From Zancudomyces culisetae HAW-14-8 (Eukaryota; Fungi; Kickxellomycota), in contig JBNJNM010000021.1 of the NCBI GenBank assembly GCA_052426225.1, positions 3,162,001 to 3,226,000 on the forward strand: 64,000 bases of DNA. The letters run 5' to 3'. This document shows, one piece after another, positions 12,701-23,925 of the stretch (position 1 is the stretch's first letter; each line of letters opens with the position of its first letter). A program made the position numbers and the translations under genes. The notes under the pieces were generated by a model, which was not told where the DNA came from, made no database searches, and was given only the letters and a program-made list of their open reading frames with translations.

Positions 12701-14130
12701 AAACAGACCATAAAAGCTTGTTAAATCTGTTTAACGGAAAAGAACTTACGGGAAGAGTAGCTAGATGGGCCATGCTACTACGCAACTACGATTATGAGAT
12801 TCAGCACCTACCAGGAAAGAAAAACCCAGCAGACAGTTTATCCAGATTGCCAACCGAAATATTATCAGACGAAAACGATTCCGCAGCAGAATTTAGAGAT
12901 CTAAATTGTCTTGAGATAAGTGAATATAATAACATAATGAATGATATTCTAAATCCAAATAATTTACCAAATTCCCAGGACGATACTAGAACATATACCA
13001 GAGTTCAAAATACGAAGCGATATTTCCTTAAGGACGGATCATTATATATAAAAATCGGAAATACTGAAAAGCAGGTATTAAATACGGATAACGCAAGCGA
13101 AGAAATATATAAAGTGCATTTCGAGACGCACGAAGGCGTAGAAAACACTTATAACCGAATTAAACAATTGTTTCATGGAAAGAATTTATTCAAAATAACG
13201 AAAGATATAGTAAAAAGTTGTGAAGTTTGTCAACTGTATAAAGGAAATAAAAGCAAAAAAAATTACCTAACAACTGTTGAAGGAAACCGCCCATTCGAAA
13301 TATGGGGAATAGACGCCATGGGTCCAATTAACCCAGTTTCAAAGAGCGGAAACCGCTACATACTAACTGCGATAGACTACTGCACCAAATGGCCAGTAGC
13401 CTTACCAGTTCCGAATCTATTAAGTAGCACCATAATTAATTTCATTATATATAAAATAGTAATGGACTATGGAGTCCCGACTCAATTAGTTACAGACCAA
13501 GGTTCAAGTTTCATGTCCGAAGCAACCAAGGCAGTATACAAGTGGTTGGGCATAAAGCATGCACCCACCTCAGGTTATCGACCTCAGAGCAACGGACAGG
13601 TCGAACGATTAAACAGGTCTATAAAGTCAATAATGTCGAAACAAATAGATGAAGACTACCTTAACTGGGATACCTACCTTTGGAAGACACTGCTAATACT
13701 ACGGACACTGAGCAGCAAGACAACTGGCTTCACACCGGCAGAACTACTCTATGGTAAGGACCTGACTATGGCACACAACTGGACTCCTGCCAATCTAATC
13801 GACACAAGGAACGAGTTAGTGCACCATAGGATCGAATTCCTTAGCACTGGATTAAAGGAAATTCGAGAACTAGGTTTGGAAAATTCGAAAGTAAAGAAGT
13901 TGAAACAAAAAGGATACTACGACAAAAAAGTGAAAGAAAAATTATTTAAGAAAAACGACATTGTTTTGAAGTACATCGAAGGCGAAAAAACGAAATTTCA
14001 AAGAATTTGGAAAGGGCCGTACAAAGTCGAAAAAATTTTGATAAACGGAACATACGTAATTGTCGATAGCGAAGGAAATAGCGAACTAGTCAATGGCGAC
14101 ACTATTAAATTATTTCACGATTCAAATTAG
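9721..14130 (+). CDS. Ty3/Gypsy Gag-Pol polyprotein
   Basis: Uninterrupted ORF with first ATG at 9721. Motifs: CYHCGRKGHRRYEC knuckle, LDTGA protease, RT with MPFGL and FVDD, RNase H TDAS, integrase H-H-C-C plus D(IDAM)/D(TDQG)/E(QVER), and GPY. No chromodomain. Confidence 0.95.
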   Translation: MEKPVIFEAQGSLDPKEWIYRYKLIAKVNKWSDTDAIELIQLYLGKKELQWYKKNTKEFKDWDTLVTKFTEKYSSKEMNFVYWKKIQMIKQEDFASVEDFELELEELFEKAEVTDEGVKWNCLMNALSEKNKRKVLESDNKKWADAIKLIGKSEKIKEAVKPKPVKPKPLSSKDRLNEARKRFQDSKEKFEQRNKMREKAKQDNDYNDMMKQFEKLSVNVMNKVDEAVDRRFNNTRGRTYHDRFIPTCYHCGRKGHRRYECRHLVQRDTEEDTSSEDSDDLNCIEVEDVSCDEVFGADRVDKNKPAIGPYKKKEYLNNNINKFEVKPKENRIKNTKVIKPYKTIKEIEMKKAPTLRSRESDSKAKAYTKKKYTIKAAENTDSYSLKEDLGAVYPKISMIQLLEASPKLAKEMANLCKRVEDKEVNEIKYKETKTSNCKVTVEIFGQEVKTILDTGAACSVATPELVENWGLEVEQDSSQMIITADGSKHASLGKVLDVPIRIGKQIFNADLTVMERHDQSLILGTDWLVRHKATIDLEISQLIISNGELSVHLPLKTSKATVLTSYDESELYAIVKEKYIEVDNSLVDTDERIIKLVQQYKGMFVNELEELKQSDTTEHKIILTEEIPIKQRPYRIPQAKQQLVRKELELMEQHGIISPASSPWCSPVVVVTKKNGKLRVCADYRKLNSITKKDTYPLPVIDDIFMALSGATVFSSLDAMSGFWQIPMSREDRDKTAFAIPGGGSYIYNVMPFGLTNSPATFQRVMEEVLHSVLWSCAIVFVDDIIIYSKNMKQHLEDLEQVFKLLQARNIQLHKDKCVLGKDEITYLGHRISKEGISTCEDKLAAVKKLESPKNVKEVQSILGLTGYYRKFIYNYSKICLPLTNLLKKNKEWTWSENEEKALDQLKQALLDAPVLAHPDWNKTFTVTTDASIDGIGAILSQEYDSGDRPIAYISRKTTKHERNYSISHLEGLAVVWAVVKFKYFVWGRRFIIKTDHKSLLNLFNGKELTGRVARWAMLLRNYDYEIQHLPGKKNPADSLSRLPTEILSDENDSAAEFRDLNCLEISEYNNIMNDILNPNNLPNSQDDTRTYTRVQNTKRYFLKDGSLYIKIGNTEKQVLNTDNASEEIYKVHFETHEGVENTYNRIKQLFHGKNLFKITKDIVKSCEVCQLYKGNKSKKNYLTTVEGNRPFEIWGIDAMGPINPVSKSGNRYILTAIDYCTKWPVALPVPNLLSSTIINFIIYKIVMDYGVPTQLVTDQGSSFMSEATKAVYKWLGIKHAPTSGYRPQSNGQVERLNRSIKSIMSKQIDEDYLNWDTYLWKTLLILRTLSSKTTGFTPAELLYGKDLTMAHNWTPANLIDTRNELVHHRIEFLSTGLKEIRELGLENSKVKKLKQKGYYDKKVKEKLFKKNDIVLKYIEGEKTKFQRIWKGPYKVEKILINGTYVIVDSEGNSELVNGDTIKLFHDSN

Positions 14131-14186
14131 CCAATTAATTATTTATTTACTATGAAATGTTCGAAAATTGATAAGAAAAAAAATTT

Positions 14187-14373
14187 TTGAATTGAAAAAT
14201 AAACTCGAAAACACGAAACGACTACATAAAAATCAGAAAAACCGAAAAATCGAATTGAAATAAAAATTAGAAAAGACAGAAATCGAATTGAAAAAAAAAT
14301 CAGAAAAGATAAATAATCGAACGGATAAAAATCAGAAAAGTCAAAAAATCAAATTGATAAAAATCAGAAAATT
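14187..14373 (+). repeat. Imperfect tandem repeat (~32-34 bp, ~4.5 copies) in the Gypsy 3' UTR
   Basis: Recurring unit resembling AAAAATCAGAAAAGAC..AAATCGAATTGA. Confidence 0.7.
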
Positions 14374-14616
14374 AAACAAAGCTACAACATAAAAATCATA
14401 AAATATAATAATCCAAAAACATTAATATATACTTTATTTTTAACAGAATTTAGGGCGAGATTAACGATATGGAAAACATAAACGGAGAAATGAAGTAACA
14501 TTAATACGAAATTGGAACAACGAGATTCGAGATTATCGAAATGGGCTTTGAAAAGCGGAGTATAGGAGATTAGGAATCGAAATTGAAGTTTCGAGATTCG
14601 AGATGAGGACACTTCG

Positions 14617-14633
14617 AAATAAAGCGGGGGGTA
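14617..14633 (+). other. Polypurine tract
   Basis: AAATAAAGCGGGGGGTA immediately before the 3' LTR. Confidence 0.85.
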
Positions 14634-14634
14634 T

Positions 14635-15076
14635 TGTAGTATAACGGCTACATACTTTTTGCTAGCGAATCAATTGCGATTCCTTAGCATAATATAACTA
14701 CCAATTAACTTGTAGTTAATTTATATCTAAATATTTATAACAGTAAAGTTGAATATCTGAACGATCAGGGAATAAAAGCGAAGCGGACAAGGAAAATAAA
14801 CATCTTGAGCCTTTCTTAACAGAATATACTTTACATATACGTTTTTTACATACTTAGTAATTGAAATTAACACTACATTGAGATAGTTTACTTAGTGTTA
14901 TATTATTATTACAACAATAATAAAAGTTATTAAAAACATTCATATTACGGCAAACAGAACTAGTTAAGTGATCCGAGACCTGAGTATAACTGACACAATC
15001 AGTGCTATACCAAACTCAGCCATCACATTAGCTGAAAAATATATCAGATAACTTAATACATCTACTATATATTACA
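14635..15076 (+). repeat. 3' LTR
   Basis: Direct repeat of 9157-9599. Confidence 0.95.
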
Positions 15077-15084
15077 TTAGCTAA

Positions 15085-15895
15085 TGTAACATTGAGTTTG
15101 GTAAAGCTCCGATTTTATCATTGTAATCGTCTCGATCACTTACTAGTAATTTTGATTTTATGACTGTTTAACTATGATTATTATATTTATTTTCAATTGT
15201 AGTTTAACGCCTAAATACTTTTTGCTAGCGTATAATGCGATTACTTAGAGAATATTACCACCAAACAATTCATATCGAGATCAATAATATTATAACTATA
15301 TTAATCTAGTTTGAATGTCACAACGACCAGTCAATATAACGAGTGCGAACAACGAAAAAGGACATCTTTAGTCTTTCTTAACAGATTTTACTTTACATAT
15401 ACGTTTTTATATTCTTAATAATAGCAAATAGCAATTGATACTGATACATTTTACTTGGTGTTTTATTTTATTATAACAATAATTACAGCTATTAATAACA
15501 TTCCTATTACGGCAATCAAAACCCGTGAAGTGATCCGCAACCTGAGTATAACTGACAAAATCAGTGCTATACTAAACTCAGCCATCACATTAGCTGAAAA
15601 ATATAAAATATAACTTATAATATCTACAATATATTACAGAATTTCATAAAGTTAAACATTATTAATTAATAAGTCCTAGTAGTAATATTATATAAATAAA
15701 CGTCTAATAAAGTATTTACGCTAAGATAGGCTCAAGATAATCTTATTCGTTGTCATCTCTAAAGTTATTTGCTTTGATCTACGCTTTACTACCCTAGATA
15801 TTTTTTTATATCGATTTCTCTTGCTCTTATTGTATTTTATCCTACTAATGAATCGTAATTGACTAGCTAGCTAAAAGATGCAGCCGTTAACTACA
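15085..15895 (-). mobile_element. Older related solo LTR on the minus strand, split by a nested LTR (pieces 15085-15197 and 15639-15895)
   Basis: The reverse complement begins TGTAGTTAACGGCTGCATCTTTTAGCTAG, similar to the Gypsy LTR start. It ends ...AAGTGATCGAGAC...TACCAAACTCAATGTTACA, similar to the LTR 3' part. Confidence 0.8.
15198..15638 (+). mobile_element. Diverged solo LTR of the same Gypsy family, nested in the minus-strand LTR
   Basis: 441 bp, TGTAGTTTAACGCC...ATATTACA, collinear with the Gypsy LTRs. No PBS or PPT beside it. Confidence 0.9.
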
Positions 15896-18800
15896 ATATG
15901 CATATACATTTATTTTGAATAGATCTATTTCATCGTTTTTAATTTAGTATTACTGCTAAAAAACAATTAATTTAATTACATCGTATACCTCAAATGAGAT
16001 CTAATGAGATCTAATGATATCAATATTATGGTACGATTTAGGTTATCTAATTGATCAAGGAAAAATTCAGTTAACATTTGTCACAGGGAATGCGAATAGA
16101 TAGACTTTAACCTTTATTTACCGAATATAATTTTAAATGTATTTTTTATTCAATTCGAGATTTTTACTTATATCCATTATTTTATTTTACTTTGTGTTAA
16201 TTATTAATATAATTTTAATAATAATGTCGTAACATTCATAAACGTTAAACCGAACTTGACAAGTATACATCAGCATAACTTAACTTTTCAATAGTGATAA
16301 CCAAACTCTGCCAACACATTTCTGAGTAATGTACTCATCTCTTAAATTTGTCCTCGTTTATTTGTTGCTACATTTCCGTCTATATTTAGCTGTTCTCTAG
16401 TTTTATTGTCACAGGAATAATAACGGTTCTTCAATATTTTCTTAAAGTTTTTATAATTATAACAAACATCTTAAGTATTTTTATTGATGTCAATTAAAGT
16501 TTTAATTATAGTATTGATTTTTTGTTTTTACTTGTGTTTATCTTTACACAACTACTACTTATTTATCTAGATGATATCGTATCAATTCTGAAATTATCAG
16601 CTTTAATCAAATTCGTTTATCTTCAGTTTAGCATATTTTTTTACATCTATCTTCATTTAATTTCACTTTTTATACATGATTTTTCATAGATTTTTTATCT
16701 AGACTAGTGTATACCCAGATGTCATGTGTGACTCAATTAAAATTTTATATATTATAACGAATCTTTTCAATACCTACCAATATTCATATAACTTCATCAC
16801 TAAAAGAAACTATTTAAAAGTCAATTATAAAATTTATATCAACAAAATATAATTTAAAATTAAAAAATAGTTAAAATTTATTAATTAGTTATACTTTGTT
16901 TGGTATAAGAACAAAAAGAAAATAAAAACGAATGTAAGAACATGATCACAAAAAAGAACCAGTAAAACAAGAATAAAACTAGGCTAATATATTTATAAAC
17001 GAAGGAAGAATCATAGAGAATTCCTTAGCTCTTTTAATAGATTTAAGAATAGAAGAATAAGATAAATAAAGAATAATTGTGAACTAAAATTCAGGTTTAG
17101 AATAAATCTGACTTTATTTTATAGTGCTACGGCTATTAAATATATTTAAGATAAGACAAAAACAAGAAGACTATTTAAATCTCAAGTTCAACATGCCAGA
17201 TTGATGTGTAAACTGAGAACAGCTTTGATCCAGATCGCTAGAGATGAGGGCCGATACTCATCTTACAGTGATCGTTCGGGAGCACTTTCTATGGAAGTCG
17301 ACCCTAAAGAATTACGCGACCCCTTTGCGAATATCATGGATCATGTTTTTTTACAATTGAAAAACCCGACAAAGGATGAGGCTGCACCCAACTTCATTCA
17401 CAATACGTATTTTAGTTTATATTTAATACGTAACCAATGTTGATCTGTGATTCGAAATTGTGCTTAAAATATTTAAGCTATTGGACATCTTGAGTAGCTG
17501 AAGCGGGTTGATAAATAGACATTTTATATAATTTTAATGTCGAAAAGTGTTAACCATTATACAGTTTATTATCATGTAATTCCATCTATTTCAAAGTATA
17601 TGAAAAGAGATGTTGAGGATTGCCAATATTTGCAATAGCCTAATTTTGTTTCTGTGACTTATACTACGAAACGATTTTTTATTGATATTTATTTACAGCA
17701 AATGTTATAAATGTATTGAATATGGGAACCTATCGGATTTACCTGCCTGTTAGTATAGTTTTTACTTCTTAAACCTACCTTTTTGTTCTAGAAATTCGGG
17801 TTTTGATATCTACAAGTCACTGATTAGATTATAGTAACTCTGCTACAACCTCAATGTTGTATTCTCTATTAAGAAAACACTACTCAGATTAAAAATGGCA
17901 CTATTAGTATTCTAATATTTTTTTTTATTTTAACTTTATTGTTCGATAAATATTATTTTTTCGTACTTAAGCTGGTTTTTTATATCACCATAATTTTTCT
18001 CCAATAGATATGCTCAACTTCTATAAAGCACAAATTTGTTTGTATCTCGTTTATTGAAAGTTTTATTTATGCTGTTTGTTGATCGTAATGATTAACAATT
18101 ATTTAATAAATAGCTTTACTGGTAATGAACAATTAAACAGATAAAAAGCTGGTAGCTAATCAAAAAATGTTGCATAGTAACCAACATCAGCATAAAAATT
18201 CAATCTGACTTGCGGTGCTTCTACGCACAATAATGATTTATCTGTACAACCAGCCTAGCCGCAAGTCATAGCTGCGCCTTTGCCTCCGCTCACATTACTC
18301 ACTTTGAAATACAAAAATTACTGTGTAACATTTACTTATTTATTCTGAGATTGATGCTTTGTAAAAAAAATTTAAAATTACAATTTATCATATTTCAGTT
18401 GTTAACCTTATGGAACTAGATCCCATAATGTTGAGCTTGAACTCTGGGGAAAAAAAATTATTCCTAGCTAGTAAGGTACAACTCTGTGTGTTCTGGGAAA
18501 GAGCTGGGCTGACTGCAAAGGTGCTGAGAATTACTGAGTTGATCATTTTCAGCTTTTGCTTTTAATTTTTTTTTATTCTGATCTGAAATAACGAATTCTA
18601 ATAGAGTGCGATGTAAGGTACCTTTTATTTTTGAATAACACATGTCTCTTTTATATTTTTTGCTATCAAAGCGATAAGTTCAAAAGTACACTCTATATAA
18701 ATTTGTTTACCCACGGGTAATAAGATTATGATCTTGGTATTGCCAATTCAACATTTTTTTTGTTATTTTATTATCTTTTCCATCTGATTTCATAGAACTA

Positions 18801-20493
18801 TTTTAATTTTTACTATTCATCATAATTTATGGATTTTCATGTGTAAATAAAAATATAATTATATCATAATTATTGATCTTCCTTCTAGGTTTTGTCTAAT
18901 CTATTTGATATATTTCGGAAACTGATCATCAATTGTACATATCGCGGTAAAAACAGTTTTGATATTAGTTTTATTTTTATTCTTAAAATACATTTAACTA
19001 CACCTATTTGATTTTATTACTAGTGATATATTTCTAAATTATAAATTATAAATTGTAAATATATAGGAATGTTTACTTGTACTTGTAAATGATAGTAAAA
19101 TCGCAATCATTGTCAGATTTTACAAAATTCGAGAGTCTAGAGTAATAGCGTGGTTGATTATTATAACTGTGTTCCTATTGTTGAACTTCAATTTTTCTGA
19201 ACTTCACAGTGTACATTGATCTACAAGCTACTCATACTATTAAACACGGTTGTCACACATTGGACTAGATTTGTTGAAATATGTAATAAATATTATAATA
19301 AAATAAAACGTACTTGCCTCGACTAAGATACTAAAATCACTGTACACTCATATTAGTATCTTCACCAATAACCCCTCTTTCTATATTAACGCTTAGATAC
19401 AATAAACGATGCCATATTATTGTTAAATGAAAATCTTCAAAATCCTCATCGTAGGTAATATGTAACGGGTACTCGAAACATGGTGGACTTTTTGCGCCGT
19501 CACATTTTATAACTGTACGTGAGTAAAAAATCTCTTTTGGATAAATGAGGTATTTTGTTTGGGGAAGGTAGAGCAAAGTACGTTTAAAGAGCTAAAACTT
19601 TTTGTTGTCTAACCAACAATGTTTATCTGTGCTATATTGGATGATCTGAAACTGTCAATTCTTTGAAATCTTTAAACGTGTTTCACAAAACTGGTCAATG
19701 GATGCAAACAGCATTACTATTTATGTTTTGAATATAATTAACTAGTAGGAAAGTGGTTTCAATGAGCGTATTAATAAACTAACTAGAATAACCTGTGACC
19801 ACTTGTAAATATTAATTATCATTTAACATTTTAGTTTAGATTTATACTTGGAGTATGTTTTTAAATTCAGACAAAAAATATTTTTTAGCTGAGAATATTT
19901 TTTAGCTGAGAAGCTCAGCAAATATTTGGTACTACTTTTCAGGGTACACAATTAAAAAATTGTAACCCGTTTCTTGCTCAAATGTTGTCCAAGTTGTATC
20001 AATATTTTGCTTTAATGAATATAATAAATAAATACCTATAAAAATAAAATAATCCTACATAATATTTATCTAACCAACTTCTATCCGTTCCTCTAAGGAC
20101 TCTATAACTATCTGGTGTTGGTTCAAGGGGCTTTATTCCTTCTCTTAGTTGGTCCAAAATTTCCATCATATATAGACAGGTTATAACCAATAATTTTGTT
20201 TTGTGCACAAATAAGGATAGTATTCCGGCTTCTTTCTACTTTACAAGAGTTCCAAGTCTTTTGATTTTTTTCATAAAGCACTGCTTACACTTTTTTTTGA
20301 ATGTTTTTATTTTTTTACTTGGAATTTTCAATATAATAGTTACGTTTTTTTTTCATTGTACTTATTTATTTTAAATTAATCCTAAACATAATGAATTTAA
20401 ACAAACTTGTGTCGCTTTTACGTTTTTTATTTTATCCCTGCTATATTTTACGTATAAAAAACATTGTATTATCACCAGTATTACAAAAAAAAA

Positions 20494-23400
20494 TTAAATC
20501 TTATAATCATCTTGGGTTTTGGTATTGCTCCTAGTTGACCAAATAGTTGGTTGCATTTGTAATCCGTTGATTTCAGGGGTTTCACGCTGTAAATAATATT
20601 TTTTTAATAATAAAACCCTTCCAGTTGCATAAAACATCAAAAATACTCCAGTACCTATGGCCGGGATCCAGTATAAAGGGCTGAGTTTATAGCTTGTTGC
20701 AAATATACCATTCAAAAAAGGTACATACACGATTATGCTCATAAAGATTGCACCAATCAGAATATTGTAGAATGATTTTTTGTTGTAAAACATATATCTT
20801 CCGAATGGCACAGTATAGAGGGTTTTACACGCAAAAAGGTTAAAACACTGAATGATAAATACAGAAAAATAGTAGGCAGAACTTGCCTGCCTGGCTATTG
20901 ATCTTTGCTCTTCGCCGGTCAGTATTTTTCCTGAACTAGTCGTAAATGAAGGTGATGTGGGTGTAAAATACTCCGTTTCACTTGCCGCCATTGTACGTGC
21001 TTCAGAAACACTAAGTCCATTTCCAGTAAGACACCAAAACCACGATGCAAAGCAACCTAAAGTTATAATTATTCCCATCTCAATGTACGAATAGCTAAAC
21101 AGGTCAAGATCTATCAACTTTTCGCCGCTTTTGACTTGAACCAGATCCAACCACATGTTTTTAGTAAACGGTTTTTTTATAAGCGCTACTGACTTTTTCT
21201 GCAATGATAACTGTGTGGTTTTAGCTACATCTTCATAATTGTAGTAACTTAACATTTCTTCACCTTCACTAAGATCTTTTTTAGCATATCTATCTATTCT
21301 TGATCGTAGCTGTTTTATTGATCGCTCAGTTACGGGACACCTTGGAACCATTTTCATTAAGCTGTAACCTCGCTCTGGCTTTTCCCAAGCAAATGATAGT
21401 GAATTAATTAATTCAAATCCCAAATCAATAGCAATGAGCTCCAGCGCTCCTAGAATCTGTGGTAATGGAACTAATATATAAAGTAGCTGAGGGATTACTT
21501 CTGGAATTGAATGGGAAACAGTGTACTTTATGGACTTTTTGATGTTGGCGAATATCAACCTTCCTTCCTCCACTCCGCTGATTGTGCTGGCAAAGTTGTC
21601 ATCCAATAACACCATTGACGCCGCATCCTTTGATACATCTGATCCCGACTCATTCATTGCTATTCCCAAATCTGCTCGCTTCAATGCTGGTGAATCGTTG
21701 ACTCCGTCTCCTGTTACTCCTACCACGTGTCCCAGTGCTTGGGCTCGAGATACTATTTCCAGCTTGTTTTTTGGTGATGTTCTGGCAAATATCACTTCTG
21801 GTTTTCTAAACACTGCATCCCAGTCATCATCTGACATATCCGCAAGCTGCTCACCATGAAGCACCACTGCATCATACTCATCCTCGTCAATATCCTCTAT
21901 TCTTCTCTGTGTTCGCTTGGCTACATCCTTCTTGGTCTCTCCAACTATCAAGTTAATTTTACGTCCAATTGCTTCAGCTGTCAGTGGATGATCTCCTGTA
22001 ACCATGATTACTTGAACTCCTGCTCCTCTAAGCTTACCGATTGCCTCTCTTACTCCGTGTTTTGGTGGATCTTCCAGAGATGCCAATCCAATAAAGTTGA
22101 ATCCTTGTGTTGGATAATTCTGTGCCTTCTTGTCAAATTCATAGTCAAGTGGGTATTTTTCAATGTCCAAATCAAGTTGTGCAAAACCCAGTACTCTGTG
22201 TCCCTTTCCTGCCATATACTCGTAGGTTTCAGTGTAATCAGCAATTTCTTTTTCGTTCAAGTCCACATACTCACCATTCAACAATATTTTTGAACATAGC
22301 TTCAGTACTCTTTCAGGCGCTCCCTTGACCATCATTCTCAATACTTTACCTTGACTGTTTTCCGTAGTTTCAAATTCATGAACTGTTAACATCCATTTGT
22401 TAGCAGAATTGAATGGAATTTCAAATTTCTTTGGATACTGTTTCTGAATATCATCGTAGTTAGGTAGGCAAGTTCCCGCAAATCTTGTCAACCCTGATTC
22501 TGTAGCATCGCCAATAAGTACTCTCTTTTCAACAGGAACATCAGTGCTATCAAAAGTTATACCACTACACAATGTCGATATCATCAAAACTTCCTTAACA
22601 CCTCTTTCTTCAGGATCATTGATTGGGTCCAAATTTTCCCCAACACTTTTTGTAGTTGTTTTGAGTTTTCCATCACTCCATACATATGTCACTGTCATTT
22701 GGTTACGTGTGAGTGTTCCAGTTTTATCTGTAGCCAGCAAAGTGATCGCTCCTAGTGTATCCACTCCCTTCAAACTCTTGACCAGCACGTTTTTGCTCAT
22801 AAGCCTCTTTGCAGCAAACGTCAGCAACATTGTCACTGTAGCCAATAAACCTTCTGGAATCCAAGCTACAAACATACCAATAGCAAAATTAACGCAAAGT
22901 GCAATATCTCCATACTTTACCATTCCTAATATAAAAAATACTATTGCGCTTATAATAGCTATAGCTGAAATTATATGCACAAATTTTCGGATTTCCATTG
23001 CCAATGGTGATTCTCTGTCTTGTTCTCCCGAGGTCAACTCTGCAATCTGTCCCAAAACTGTATTGTCTCCTGTTTGAATAACTATTCCATAGCAACTTCC
23101 TGATACACAAAGTGTACCATTGAATATAAGATTAGTAGCTTCCAATGGGTTTTGCATGGTGTTTCCTGGGTGTCTTTCCTGTGGTTCTGATTCACCTGTC
23201 AATGACGAATTATCTACCTGCAGCTCACTACTTTTGAAAACGTATATATCGGCTGGTACTTTATTACCCATTTTTACCAAACAGATATCTCCAACAACCA
23301 GGTCGGCTGCACTGATTTCTTTGATTTTACCTTCTCTGACGACATTACTGTTAGCTGGAATCATGTTCAAAAACGATTTCAAGAGGTTGGTACTGCTTTT

Positions 23401-23925
23401 TAGCTGTACATACTCGATGGTTGCGTTGATGAATGCGACAGCCATTAAGATTATCCCGATATAAATACTTGCCTTATTATTTTTGAAATCAATTGCAAGC
23501 AAAATATATTGCAACACACCAGCTATCAACAAAAGTATGTTAAACAAATTGAGCAAGCATTCCATAAAGATGGTAAAGTTTGACTTTGTCTTTGGTGGCG
23601 TCAAAATATTTGGACCGTTCACCTCAAGTAGGTGCTTTGCCTTTTCGTGAGTTAATCCTTCGCTGGTTTCGGGCTTTTCAGCATTGGCTTGTGTCTGAAG
23701 CTTTGCACATAACTCCTCCAAACTCATCAAGTGTTCTTTGATACCCACGTCCTTGTTATTTTGAGTATTGTTTCCTTGGCGCCCTCGTGTATCAACTATA
23801 CTAGTATCGTTTTTATCCATAATGTCTGTGCCTCCCAAAATTGGCTCATCGATTGCAAATGCCTCATGCAATATTTCTTCTGTTATTGGGATGTTATTCC
23901 CAGGACTAGCTTTGTTTCTTCCCAT
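20494..23925 (-). CDS. Na+/K+-ATPase alpha-like P-type ATPase (P2C/ACU type), copy 1
   Basis: 1143 aa, intronless. Motifs VDNSSLTGES, PEGLLATVT, DKTGTLT, KGAPE, MVTGDHP, GDGVNDSPALK and IDLGFEL. Confidence 0.93.
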   Translation of the reverse strand: MGRNKASPGNNIPITEEILHEAFAIDEPILGGTDIMDKNDTSIVDTRGRQGNNTQNNKDVGIKEHLMSLEELCAKLQTQANAEKPETSEGLTHEKAKHLLEVNGPNILTPPKTKSNFTIFMECLLNLFNILLLIAGVLQYILLAIDFKNNKASIYIGIILMAVAFINATIEYVQLKSSTNLLKSFLNMIPANSNVVREGKIKEISAADLVVGDICLVKMGNKVPADIYVFKSSELQVDNSSLTGESEPQERHPGNTMQNPLEATNLIFNGTLCVSGSCYGIVIQTGDNTVLGQIAELTSGEQDRESPLAMEIRKFVHIISAIAIISAIVFFILGMVKYGDIALCVNFAIGMFVAWIPEGLLATVTMLLTFAAKRLMSKNVLVKSLKGVDTLGAITLLATDKTGTLTRNQMTVTYVWSDGKLKTTTKSVGENLDPINDPEERGVKEVLMISTLCSGITFDSTDVPVEKRVLIGDATESGLTRFAGTCLPNYDDIQKQYPKKFEIPFNSANKWMLTVHEFETTENSQGKVLRMMVKGAPERVLKLCSKILLNGEYVDLNEKEIADYTETYEYMAGKGHRVLGFAQLDLDIEKYPLDYEFDKKAQNYPTQGFNFIGLASLEDPPKHGVREAIGKLRGAGVQVIMVTGDHPLTAEAIGRKINLIVGETKKDVAKRTQRRIEDIDEDEYDAVVLHGEQLADMSDDDWDAVFRKPEVIFARTSPKNKLEIVSRAQALGHVVGVTGDGVNDSPALKRADLGIAMNESGSDVSKDAASMVLLDDNFASTISGVEEGRLIFANIKKSIKYTVSHSIPEVIPQLLYILVPLPQILGALELIAIDLGFELINSLSFAWEKPERGYSLMKMVPRCPVTERSIKQLRSRIDRYAKKDLSEGEEMLSYYNYEDVAKTTQLSLQKKSVALIKKPFTKNMWLDLVQVKSGEKLIDLDLFSYSYIEMGIIITLGCFASWFWCLTGNGLSVSEARTMAASETEYFTPTSPSFTTSSGKILTGEEQRSIARQASSAYYFSVFIIQCFNLFACKTLYTVPFGRYMFYNKKSFYNILIGAIFMSIIVYVPFLNGIFATSYKLSPLYWIPAIGTGVFLMFYATGRVLLLKKYYLQRETPEINGLQMQPTIWSTRSNTKTQDDYKI

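Larger units (their letters stand above)
9157..15076 (+). mobile_element. Full-length Ty3/Gypsy LTR retrotransposon
   Basis: Two ~443-bp TG...CA LTRs (9157-9599, 14635-15076), PBS, polypurine tract, and a single gag-pol ORF with PR-RT-RH-IN order. Confidence 0.97.

Noticed and set aside
14187-14373. CRISPR-like periodic repeats
   Set aside because: A tandem degenerate A-rich repeat without unique spacers, inside a eukaryotic retrotransposon UTR.
21521-23464. Antisense ORFs repeated in both ATPase copies, and other shadow ORFs over XRN1, PAN2 and MIF2
   Set aside because: By-products of the real coding strand and of the duplicated sequence.
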